Positions 52,077-64,000 of a stretch of 64,000 bases of DNA are shown piece after piece (position 1 is the stretch's first letter; each line of letters begins with the position of its first letter). The DNA lies in the NCBI RefSeq assembly GCF_024521635.1, contig NW_026250408.1:124001-188000 (forward strand). Direction: 5' to 3'. This DNA comes from Tricharina praecox. Its lineage: Eukaryota. A program made the position numbers and the translations under genes. Below the pieces are notes generated by a model. The model saw nothing but the letters and a program-made list of their open reading frames with translations, was not told the DNA's origin and did no database searches.

Positions 52077-54748
52077 AACTATGTCGCTCTATCTTACTCG
52101 AATGTTTTAGCTTAATCGCGAAACTCCTACGTATCGCTCAGCTGTGGTGTCGAATAAAGGCTATAAGCACAGGCCGGACCTAAACCCCACTCCCGCCAAG
52201 CTACCGAGCGAGGCTCTCGTCACATGCTCTCAACGCTGCTAAGCCACCCTGGCCGAGCTTCTGCCACGTGCCTCTGATCCTCGCCAATCCTCCACGCGGA
52301 TCAAGACCCCTATCACGTCGCCAGCCACTGCGCGAGCCACACACCAACGCCACATTTTTCTACAAATTCAACATCTCTACGTACCTGGTAGGGAATGCTT
52401 AGAGGAATGACTGTTATCTAAATGTTAGTTGGGTAATGTAGGGCCTGCTTGGGTGTCAACTGCATTTCGAATCGGCCATACAAAAAGTGAGATGCAGTAA
52501 TTCGAACCATGAGTTTTGGGGGAATGGGTGACTGTTTGGCACGCCATCCCAAGTTGAGAATTTCAGAAACTGTATATTGCCGACTGAGCCACAATACATA
52601 TGAAAAGTATGGCGTGCTGTTGAAAATCTGGGTTGCCGAACGGGTGATCAGAGGAGATGAGAGTTTGCAGCTGTTAACCGAACGGGTCCCAAAAGTGAGT
52701 GTGTGGCAATGGGAAAAAGGAACAAAGAGCGATTAACTGGGCTGTGGGTGAGGCGTCGGCCGTAGAGTATTTTACTTGCCGTAGGTGACAGGTATGATTG
52801 TTGCACAACTACAGCGGCGTTGCGAGAATTCCACCCGGGTTTTAGGATAGGAGTACCGGGGGAGCCCACGGAAACTCACCAACTATCCAATTATCTCTAC
52901 TACCATTACTAGTTCTATCACCAACCACTATGAGCGTGCGGCATACAAAAACACACCGTAGCTAATCGTCAGCTGCTTCGGAACCGGTGTTCTTCAACTG
53001 CCGATCATCACAAAGATACTCGAGTAATCAGAGTACCTAATCAAGTAGTTGCCTACGCACCTGCCACCAGCCACCTGGACCGCCGCGGAGGGTGTGGTGA
53101 GGTGCCGTGGATCTTCTGTGGCACGCTCGGGGCAGGGCTCATCCGTGTCTGATGCAGCTGGCGGGTGGAGTGGCAAGGGCGGAAGAGCTTTGGTACTCTA
53201 TTTAGGCGCCACGGAAGGTGGCGGAAGCGAGTAATTAACGATAGGCGGTGATGGTAGTGACGTCTTCGTCATGACAGCCTACGGGTAGGATCCAATCAGG
53301 TCGTGTCACTCGGAATGACAAGTCCATAAACATGTTTGGCCCAAGGGTTTTTCCGTGACTCCGCACGACATGAGCCTCCTCATTTCCGCTAGTCTAACTG
53401 ATTGGTATCTATAGGTATAGCTGGTAGAACGATGACAGGGAGAGGAATGATAGGAAGTGGTAGTGTTGGAGACCGAGGCTGGTGAGAAGACGGGAATCTG
53501 GGGACGAGGGCGAATAGGGTTGGCGTTATGTTGCTTGATACCTGTAATCTCCGGGTGATGGTAGCGGTAAGAGGCTGTACGGTTGTTACTAGTGAGGCCG
53601 TTTGGATGTTGTGGATATATGGCACGTGAAACGACACAGCAAGGGCTGCTGAGGAGCGATTGAGAGTAGGCATACATCCTTTATCAATTTGAGGTCCCAT
53701 CGACCGTGATATGAGCCCTCAAAAGAACAACGGTATCCAGAAAACCTATAAATAACAGCTCCCCGCTCCCACTCTCTCCCATCTTTCTTCATCGCAACTA
53801 CACAATCAAAATATGTAGGTCCTCCCACTCCTCTCCCCTCCGCTATCCAGTTTGACAACTGCGCTCACAGTCAAATAGATGATTGCCCCATCTACTCCTG
53901 CCGCCCACGGGCACCTGCTCCGATATCGCGCTACTATCAAGGCGCCCGTCAAGGTAAGCCATTCACTCTTCCCCGAACCACACTTCAGTGCATCATCCAC
54001 TCACTCGATTTGCACACAGCTCTCGCCGCACTTCCTCCCCAAGAAGAGAACCTCTCGCCCCACAAAGGCCGGCTCTTGGCCGACTGGGGCGAAGGTGACC
54101 AAACCGCCACGCGCCAAGGTACGATCATTCATGCTTCTCCATGTCTGTAAGTAAATCTCTAATAAAACTCGAAGGCCACTGCCGCCAGTGCCGCCGCCAA
54201 GGGTCGGTCTAAGAAACCGGCAAAGACCAGCAAGCACCGGATGGTTCTCACTCCCACTGGCGGGAAGTGAATCATCCAGGTCACCGAGGGGGAGGAGGTG
54301 CCTGCGGGCGCGATCTCAGTCGAGATCGTGGTCCTGGCCTCCCACCGGTTTTTGGACTGGCATGCGGTGGCGGGGCTTAAGGGAAGGGGGGAGATGGAGG
54401 GGGAGGCACAAGGTGAGGAATAGCCAGCTATTCCTCAGCTCAAATAAAATTATATTTTTTTCAAGTCCAATTTCTCGTGAACCGTTCGTAGTGTGCCGGT
54501 GTTGTCATTCAGAAATACGCCTGAATTTGCCTTGGCTATGTAGGACATCCAAGAGAGCAGGCGCCTCGCTGGCCCCGCCAACGTTGATGTGTAGGTACAA
54601 CTGAGCATGAGGTATCACCCAGTGTTCTCTCCATCGCGGCTAGATATCCTGAGAATTTCACAGACAAATGCTGAAGGCTAATTACGGTCGTTTCTCGTTA
54701 TGTATACGCACTGATAAACTACTAGTATGTACATTGTAGGCCATCTGA

Positions 54749-56624
54749 TCACGCATCCCTCTTGTCTGCGCCAGTAACCTCGACCTCGACCACTCCCTTC
54801 TTGTCCATCATCTCTTTCTCTCCCTCGTCGACCACGTCCAGCTCGCCAAAGAGGGCGTCCATGCGCTCCAGCGAGACTCCCTTGGTCTCTGGAAGGACGA
54901 AGTACACCGAGATCTGCGGTAGATATGCACGTTAGCCAGAATTCTCTAATCACTTATCGCCTCCGGGGAGAAGATATACCAATGCAGCGACGTTGAGCGA
55001 AAACAGCAGCCAGTAGCTCTTGGGTCCGACTTGTTCGTTGAACCGGGGCCAGGGCTGCGTGAGTGCGAGGAGACACGCGGTCTGTCCTAACATACTCAAT
55101 CCGAACGCTTTGTCACGCACGTGCTGCGGGAAGATCTCGGTTGCTACCACGGGCGCGATCGGACCGTTGCTCCAGCAGTAGGTTAGACCGACGATGAAGA
55201 GCATCGCTACTTCGACTACTGCGGCGGCTTTATTCCTGTTGTCGGTTAGTCGCCATGAACGGAGTTGAGTGGAAGGGGGAAACGAACCCGTTGTCCGGGA
55301 AAGATGTGGTGAGCGATGACAATATCAGCAGGGCGATGGATTGGATCGCAAAGCCGGCCATCAACAGCGTCTTCCGTCCGTACTTATCAACGGTGAAGGT
55401 ATTGACCAGGACGATGAACAGCTGGATGACGCTCTGGATTCCATTGATCGCCAGCGCCTGGGACCCGGAGTCCCATCCGAGTGATTTGTAGATGAGCACG
55501 GCGTACATGGTCAGCGCCGCGATTCCGCCCACCTGCTGCAACGCAGCAGCATAGAATCCGTACGCGAGACGCTTCCGCATCGCACCGGACTTGAGAAGCC
55601 CAAAGTATCCCGGGATCGCGTGGCGCAGCCGGTACTCGCGGGAGAGCACTAGTTCGCGGAACTCGGCGCGCACGTGCTCGCTCTCCACTGTTCCGGAGCG
55701 TAGCTTGGCGAGCGTCTTCAGTGCGTCTTCGGGCGCGTCGGGGTATTTCTCCAACTATTCCCTACGGATCAGTCCTGTTCCTGCCGGATGGGGTGGGGTG
55801 ATGGAAGCGGAACGTACTAGCCATCTCGGAGACTCGGGATACCAAAAGGTCACAGCGATGAATGCGATTCCGATGGGGATCTGGATCAGGTTGGACACCC
55901 GCCATGCGATGTTGTATGGGGACTGGTGGAACGACATCCCGTAGCCGCTCCAGAACGCGATCAGCGCGCCGAGCTGGTAGCCGAACTGCGCTACAGTCCC
56001 GACGAACGAACCACGGAGCCGTGTGGGTGCACATTCCGCAACGTACAAATTTCTACTCGAGTTGGAGTGGGTGTGCAAAAGAGAATGGTCCGAGGAGAAG
56101 GGACTTACGTTGCTACGTAGACACAACCGAATCCGAGGCCGGTGATCATGCGCCCCACGATCAGGACCGCATAGGTATTCGGCACGCACTGGACCACACT
56201 GGTGGAGGTCAGCGACGGTCCTCCTCCCATCCCCAAACATCGATACGAATGGAAACGTACACGCCGATGATCATGGTGACGATCGAAATCCGGAGTGCCC
56301 AGAGACGTCCAACATAGTTCGCTAGGGTTCCGGCGACAAACAGCTGTGCGACACCTGTGGTAGCCCAAGGAATGGTAGCAATGACACCGCTCCTGTTGGC
56401 ATCCACTTGGTAGTAGTCCTGGAACTGTTTATCGGCCAGGATAACGCTCATGATCGAAGCGTCGTAGCCATTGAAGCAGGTGGAAAACACCATGCCGTAC
56501 TGCGCGTGCGCGTGTGAGCTCCGGGCAACATCTCGACTAGTTAAGGCTTCGGACAGTGACGACTCACCAACAGCAACGCGGCATATCGATCATCCGGGGG
56601 TAGAAATCTGCTCAGGAACCCCAT
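54749..56624 (-). CDS. MFS sugar porter family transporter (multi-exon)
   Basis: FNGYDASIM, YVGRLWAL, LIVGRMITGLGFG, YVAECAPTRLRG, PESPRW, QQVGGIAALTMY, VDKYGRKTLL, TEIFPQHVR, LPETKGVSLE. Confidence 0.93.
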
Positions 56625-58544
56625 TCTCGCTTAGGTTTCCTATTTCCGGAGGTATGATTTGTAAATAACTAACTGTGGGTAAAGGCAACAGCCACCAAAC
56701 ACAGGAACAGAAATGAGACGAAGAAGACCCGAACGACTTTGCTATTCTTTATACGAGCTTGTTTTTCCGTGCCGGACATCGATAACCCGAGAACCCAGGC
56801 TCGTGGTCGACGCCGCTACCGAGAAACCATAATCCGGAAGATCTGCATGAGCGGTGTGATGCTTGGTATGCCACCCATCAGTTCTCATGCGAGTTTTCGC
56901 GGCTGATGTTATTTGATTTAACCGCGGGGTTGGACTGTGGGGAGGGTTGGGGGCCCGGGGAGCTAGCGGGGTTGCGGAGTGTGGGGTGATGATCATTTCG
57001 GCGGGGTAAAGTCGGCATATGTACATAATGTAGTCAATTACTGCAGGCCTGAGACAAGGCACTGCCTTGCATCGATTTAGCCAGCTACGGTACGAATACG
57101 CAGACTTGACACCTCGACGTATGTAGCTAACGGCAATTATTGGCGAGGACGCGGTCGCTTGACGGCGGATATAGCTTTCGGGTACGGTAGTTCTACATAG
57201 CATCATAAATCGACCAAACGCTTTTGATTGTCATACCACCCTGCGTCGATACCTAGGCCAGCTAACGGCCCGCTTGGACGGCCCCGTTCTGCACTTCCGT
57301 GTCCATCGATGGGGCAATACCGGTGCGGCAGGTTCGATCCTCGAGAGCGTATGCGTGACCAGAACTGCACAAATTGTAGTCAAATGCGCTTCCCAGGCCT
57401 TCCAGTCTTCCGGACCTAGACGCTGAATCTCGCAGGGACTGGGGATCATTGTCTCCATCTGCTGTCACGTGCATGATATCAGTCGTAGCGGTGGGTGGGT
57501 GGCGGTGGAAGGATTATTGGCGAAGCACGAGCGGATAAACCCGCAATGCCACGGACAGAAGGGGCTGCATCAGTGCGGCGAGGCAATAGTCTGGCTCGTT
57601 ACCCGAACCGAAAACGGGTTCGGTCCAGCACACTCACTGGCCGCAGAGGGTACATACCGGTAAGTGCATACGTAACTACCGGTAGGCCGTGTGACTCGGG
57701 TGCATAGCCGAGAGGCTTCACGGGGACGCTGGCGGAAGTATGCATACGTGAGGCGCTGTCGTTTTGTCTTGTCTTGTCGTCGTCATCCTCGTCGTGGTCG
57801 GCTTTTGCATCGCTAACTAGGAGCCGCTTCGGTCGTCAGCTGCATTTTCAAACCTTGAGTTTCTGAGAAGTTGAAGGTTACCAAAGATGTAGCTGCAAAC
57901 TCTCATCCCCCCGGATGACCCGTTCGGCAACCCAGATATTCAACATCACGCCGCACATCTTGCTGGTATTATGGCTCAGTCGATAATATGCAGTCTCTCA
58001 AATTGTTAACATGAGGTGGTGTGCCGAACGCTCACCCATCGCCCTGAAACTGCGGGGTTCAAACCGCATCTCGATTTTGTGGTAGATTCAAAATGCAGCT
58101 GGCACCCGAAACGGCCGTAAATCTATCGCTATCGTTGAATTGGCTGAATTCCCATTCAGTATTCCTCATAGCTTTCTGCCAGCCGCTCACATCTCGCGTC
58201 GGGAGCCCAATTTATGCTCAATTGCCGAACATCACTGGCTAAATCTATGGATAACCGTTGACAAAGCAAATACAAATGGTACGTTAACCGTCTCTAGATA
58301 TGCGCGTGGTCTCGGATGTCGGCATACGTCTCGTGCTCTCCCGCCGGGGACATGGTTGATACATATTCGGGGCTCCAGCGGATATGCATGTACATCCGTT
58401 CGGTGGAACGACTGCTCGTTCACAAAACACAACCCCCACTGCCCAGACGCTGAGTCCCATCGCCGAAGACGGAAGGAAGACTGAATCTTGGTTTCTACGG
58501 AGAAACAGCTTATCCGTACATACATCAAACGGACCCACCCTGAT

Positions 58545-60696
58545 TCACTCCGCCAACCTTCTGAGGCCTACTCTCAACATGCCCTTGCCTCCTCTGTTCC
58601 CCCGAAAGTAGAATGGCACAAATACCAGATCCTTCCGCTCCTTGAAGGTGTCTTTTGTCCGTTGCATGGTACCGTCCACATCCAACAACGCACCCCCGCC
58701 AGGACTCTTTATCCGCACAAACGCCTCGCCTGTACTGGCGTCGGTGTGGTTCTCTTCTACGAGCGAGACCACCGGATCGAGGTACGTAGTCTATACCTGT
58801 CAATCGAGTCGTAGGCACGAGAATGTATGGGGGTTGGGGACTCACCTTGAAATGATCGTCGACCCACGAATGATCCGCATCCTCGACGCAATAGACGACG
58901 GGCCCTCTCGCGACCGCGATCGTATCCCTGCCAGTGAACGGATGCGGACGCACAAACCTTGGGGTGAGATCGAAGTTCACCTCGAACTCCGATGCGCCCT
59001 CGAGGATATACTTCCTTCCCACCACCGGGTACGGCTGCTTCTCCGGGATCGTCGTCCACTTCGGGATCCGCGACTTGATAACGACAGTGACCTCGGTCGG
59101 TGCTGTGACGCGGTACGAAACCTTGCCGTCCCACGGGTAGTTCGTGATCTGCTCCAATACCACCTCGCCGTGGCTGGTGGGGATACGCAGAGTCGCGGCT
59201 GTGTGCAGGTGCACGGTGACCTCGATCCTGTCGGGGGATTGTTCGCGCCACGACCATATGTAGCCGCCTAGTGTGGCGAATAGCCGAGTGACATTTGGTG
59301 GGCAGCATGCACATTCGAACCATTCGTCGCGTTTTGAGGGGTCGTTGGGACACGATGCTAGTTGGTTGACGTACGTGAAGGCTTTGCCGTCGAGTGATTT
59401 ACTGCCCAGAATCGTATTGTAGAGGGCTAGCTCCATGGCGTCCGCGTAGTCACCGTCGGGGTCGATCTACCCCGGTCTTAGCGGGCGTGCCAGAAGGCAA
59501 AACAGCAAGGTGGGGAAAATTACTGCTAGCATCCTCTCCGCCATCATCATGATTCCAATGCTAGCGCACGTCTCGGCGTAACAACCTCCCTCGTCCGTTG
59601 CCTGTGGAAGGAGGTAATCGATCCCGAAGCCCTCCCATTGCTTCACTGCGCCGATGCCACCAGTTTCGTACATCTTCTGCTCCACCATGTTGCGCCAGAG
59701 CCTTTTCAGTGCCACCTGGTACTCCTCCGACAGGGTAGAATCCAGCCGTACGAGATCCGCGACGGCGGTGTAGAGGTACATCGCTCTCACCGAGTGGCCC
59801 TCGATCGTTTGCTGTTGGGTGATGGGCGTGAGCGCCTGCTGATACCAGTAACTTCCCTTCTCTGGGTAGTACCGAGGGACCTCGTTCTCTCTGTCCCCGC
59901 GCTGCTTCATCTCCCAGTCGTAGAAGTGCTTACCATCCTGGCCCGTAAGGTTTCCGCGCTCGATGAGGAAATATTTGGCAAGCCGCAGATGTTTCTCGTC
60001 GCGAGTGATGCCATACAGCCTCAGCAATGCCAGCTCGATCTCGGGATGGCCGGGATATCCGTGGAGCTTTCCGTCTTCGGGTCCGAACTTGCGGTCTATA
60101 TGGTCCACGTACTTGACGATCGGATCTAGAAGACGACGGTTCCCGAAATGGTTGTGGTGCGCGATTGCCGCCTCGATCAGATGTCCCGCGTTATACCTTC
60201 ACCGTAACATCAGTGAATGTGCGTCGAGGCTCCGCCGCTGCAGCCGCCGCAGCCCATCAGGAACTCACATCTCGTGCAGATCCCTGACGTTTGTCCAGCG
60301 CTGTTCGGGCGCCACCACGGTAAAGTGGATATTCAGATAACCATCCTCCTGCTGGGCTCCACGGATCATGTCCACGAGTTCCTCCACGGCGTTTTCCACC
60401 GCCGCATCTTCACTCACGGCCAACGAATACACCGCCCCCTCGATCCACTTCGCAACGTCCGAATCCCAGAAGAGATGGTTTGGAACTGGCCAGTGCGTCG
60501 GCGGATCGTCGTAGCTCGGATGCCACTTGAGCTTGAACGCGTCGTACCGCCCCGTCGTCTTGAGCATGTGCAGCTGGAATGCGAGCGTGGTCGTCCTAAC
60601 ACCGGCGGTTTGCTTTCCCCAGAACGAGCCGCTGGGGAGACTTGTGGAGCCATAGGAACATTGAGGGTAGTCTGAGCTACTCGGGGATCGCGACAT
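58545..60696 (-). CDS. GH127 beta-L-arabinofuranosidase-like (DUF1680), no signal peptide; exons ~60696-60269, 60196-59524, 59466-58846, 58790-58545
   Basis: FWDSDVAKWIE, HEMYNAGHLIEAA, GHPEIELAL, GHSVRAMY, WEGFG, YAETCASIG, WFECACCPPN (Zn/Cys catalytic set), ARGPVVYC. Confidence 0.93.
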
Positions 60697-62505
60697 GTTG
60701 GTGAGGGTCCGAAGAGTCTCTTGAAGAAAAAAAAACGAACCACAAAACGGTCCAATGTCTCGAGATCTCTGCTGTGTTGCGAGTAACCGTACGAGCGTGA
60801 CAGCAGCCACGAGAGATTAGAGATGAGGCCGCTGATGTAGAGCGGACGATGACTCGTCGTCCCTACCCAGACGGTGATCTAGAGGACATCGCCATCGGAT
60901 AACATGACGTATCAACTTGGTCTCGGTTTGTTTCATGCCGAACGGGAGGGGAGGGATATGCCCGGTTAAATTGACAGGCTAATTAATGTCCCCCACCCCC
61001 GCGCTGTCGCGTACGCAGACCTAGGGCGGCATGCAGAAGGACGAACCCGGGAATGCCCTTGGAAGAACTCGGCATCTTCAGCATGCAAGTTACATTTGTA
61101 TCCCCACCACCCACCGCCCACCCGCCGCCGGAATCCGGACGTTACATAAGGGCAAGCTTCACTGATCTTCTCCTCTCCGCTTAACACGTTCCGACGGCTC
61201 ATCAAGGTAGATGTATTCTGCATACGCTCAGCTACTGGTACGACCGAGAGCGGGGTTTCCAGTCGGCTATACTGGATCGACGCGTCTGTATGATGCTCAC
61301 TGCTCAGTGGCTAAATGGAGATCGACGTTGCAGGACCCTGGGGAACCCGGTTACGCTACCAGCACCTATTGCGGGTGGGCGCTCACATTACACGGCGTGA
61401 AGATCAATCGCGCGGGGGGAACTGATGTGGGGTGGCGCTACTATATGTAAGTACATCCTCTATTCTACGTTCTTATGTAGTCCGCCGCACGGGGAACATT
61501 CCGCAGAGCATGCAGTTGACGACTCTCGTGGTCGTATCCCTATTGATCAGGCCCCCTAACGCTTTGTATTTTGCCGAACCGTCTCCCGGTCGAACTACGC
61601 TGGATAGTGCGCGAGCTCAGTTGGAGTGACCAAGGATATTTCAACGGGATCTCAGAGTAATTTGCGTTCTTTGTCACCGGTATTGCCACTCTGGGAGATA
61701 TTAGTAGCGCTAGAGCTGTAGCCCAGTACATATATCTCCTCATTGGGTGATATGCCTGGGGCTCCCTATACAAAATTGCCGCACATCAAGGCCGACCAAC
61801 TAATTAACCAAGACTCCCATATATTATCTAGGTGTATAGGAAGAAGCTTTAAGGTCTATTGTATTATTCTATAGATCCCTTTGAATTTTTACCTGTGGTG
61901 TCGTTGAATAAACCCAAGGGTGGGGGTGAGCAGTTTTTACACTCCGAGTTTATGCACCAATAGGTACGAGTAGAATATGTCCTACTCTCATCGGCATTGT
62001 CTACAGGCAAAAACTTCGGCTTACCGATATTGAGTGCATCGTGACAAACACCCGGCTGTGGGCCTTAGCGACTCTCAAAGGTTCCGCCTAATATCGGCGA
62101 AATATCCACTTCCTGAAGGGACCCTGGTGCTCCGGCGCCACCACTCAGCTGAAACAAGGACCACCGAAAACCAAGAATGCAGTGCAGGGTCAGATAGATT
62201 GTACGCCTGCAGTGTCGCGGCTCGCCACGGTGATGGTGCAGTACCTTGCATGGCTAAGTAGCTCTGGGTAATATGGTAACGTCCGGCACTGTAGGGTAGG
62301 CACAGGTTCATCCTCAATATACATCATCGTGGATTAATTGATACTTGGATGTTCACCATCTCGGTGTCAGTCTTCCCCGAAGACCTCCCCACCCTCTCGG
62401 AGGTGGTGATACCACCCATGAACAGATCGGTATATATTCTATTGCCAGTATGCTCCTCATGTTGTTTGCATCATCGATCCCATTCCTGCGGAACATTCTA
62501 ACACA

Positions 62506-64000
62506 ATGCGGTTCCATACATTGACCTCTCTTGCCGTGTGTGCTCTGGCGAGCATTTCATCCGTCTCCGCTGCTGTCGACAACGCGACTGGTATGTCATC
62601 CCGTACTTTGTGTCTAATGACTGAGGTGATGCTGACTTCATGTAGCCGTTGTCGACTTCTCTGTCACCCGTGGAACGCCCCAGCAGTACGGCAGTGGTGT
62701 GCTGTACGGTATTCCGGACACTTCCATCGATACTTGGCAGATCCCGAAGACATTCTACACCGAGATTGGCATCAACCATGGGCGTGGGGGAGGCTCGCAG
62801 GTAGCCGGTAAGGGGTGGATGGGAGGAGAAGCAGATTACGAGGTATGTCCTCCTCATCCGACATCCCCACACACAACTGAGGGGGTATTTACTGACCGAC
62901 CAATCACCAGGCACGAATCGAATCGGCATATCAGAACTACCTCCATGTTCGCGCCCTAGGCGGTCGCTTCTTCCTCCTCAACTCCGCGCTCTGGGGAGCC
63001 GATGGCCTACAAACCGCCAGCGACCCGTTCCCAGGCGACAACGGCGACTGGGCATCGTACGACGCGTTTCTCGTCCGCGTAGCAGCCGACATCAACCGTC
63101 TCGGCATGACCGAAGGGCTCATAGTCGAGCTCTGGAACGAAGCCGACTACAACGCTGGCTTCTGGACGGGCCGCACCCTCGACCAGTTCATGGACACCTG
63201 GGGCTGGGCATATCACCGGCTGCGGCCGCTCCTGCCGAAGGAGGTCCTGATCTCCGGGCCTGCTTTCGCCACGGAATTGCAGGACGGCGGTCCTTGGCCG
63301 CAGTGGTTCGAGTACGCGAAGACCAACGGCAGTATTCCGGATATGTACACCTGGCACGTGCTGTTCCAGCCCGGCGGAACCGGCAATGATGTGCAGTGGA
63401 GCAGGTCGCAGCTCGATGGACTTCTGGATAAATATGGCCTGCCGAAGAAGCCGGCATCCGTCAACGAATAGTACTTACAACTCCTTCGCACGAGTCGGTT
63501 GAGTCATTGGCTAATGGTATATCATAGCGCCATCCCCGAGACCCAAAATCCCGGATACTCCGCGTACACCATCTCTGCGCTCGAGCGCTACGATACCTGG
63601 GGACTTCGTGCCAACTGGGTATGTACCACACTCCACCGTTTCCACTTCCCTTTCGATCACCCACTGATTTTTCAAGGCCATGGGCGGAGCGCTCCACGAC
63701 TATCTCGCCTCATTAGTCGGCAAGCCCGACAACACCAACGGCGGCGTGTACGACCCGTCCTCGGGCGGCTACTGGGCAACCGGCGAATGGCACCTGTACA
63801 AATACTACTACCAGGCGCAAACCGGAGTCCGAGTAGCATCTACACGGTCCACGGACGGGTACTTCGATGTATTTTCGACCTGGAACAGCAAGAAGGGCAA
63901 GGGCGCGCTCATTGCAGGGACGAATGGAAAGACCGGGACCTATCAGATCCAGCTCAAGAGTCTGCCGAAGGTGGGGAAGAAGGGCAGCACCGCCGTCAGA
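62506..64000 (+). CDS. Secreted clan-A glycoside hydrolase, GH39-like; runs off the window end
   Basis: Signal peptide, SGVLYGIP, GRGGGSQ, LWGADG, PGDNGDWASYDAFL, ELWNEAD (acid/base), PDMYTWH, SVNE|Y (nucleophile), GLRANW. Confidence 0.8.

Noticed and set aside
52500..54600. Several short ORFs with possible splice signals
   Set aside because: I could not build a coherent gene model or recognise a domain; possibly decayed gene remnants.

Overview
Eukaryotic DNA, most likely a filamentous ascomycete (short GT-AG introns with CTRAC/CTAAC branch points, fungal gene families). Genes in order: ENA-type P-type ATPase (-) with PacC-like GCCAAG clusters upstream; tRNA-Trp; secreted AA7/BBE-like FAD oxidase; nicotianamine synthase; two small membrane proteins; a CBM48 protein; a multi-pass membrane protein; a stand-alone SesB-like alpha/beta-hydrolase; a Ty1/Copia relic; and an MFS sugar porter + GH127 + GH39-like cluster that runs off the right edge. 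The least explained structure is an unrecognised ~1.9-2.8 kb modular repeat family in two oppositely oriented four-unit arrays (~9.6-18.3 kb and ~35.7-45.8 kb) bracketing the central gene block. Units share a conserved core, two conserved intron-like modules and a length-invariant 54-nt last exon, but differ in their first and second exons. One unit is joined to a 348-bp copy of the neighbouring gene and another carries a solo LTR. All calls were made by eye; exon boundaries and repeat limits need computational confirmation.
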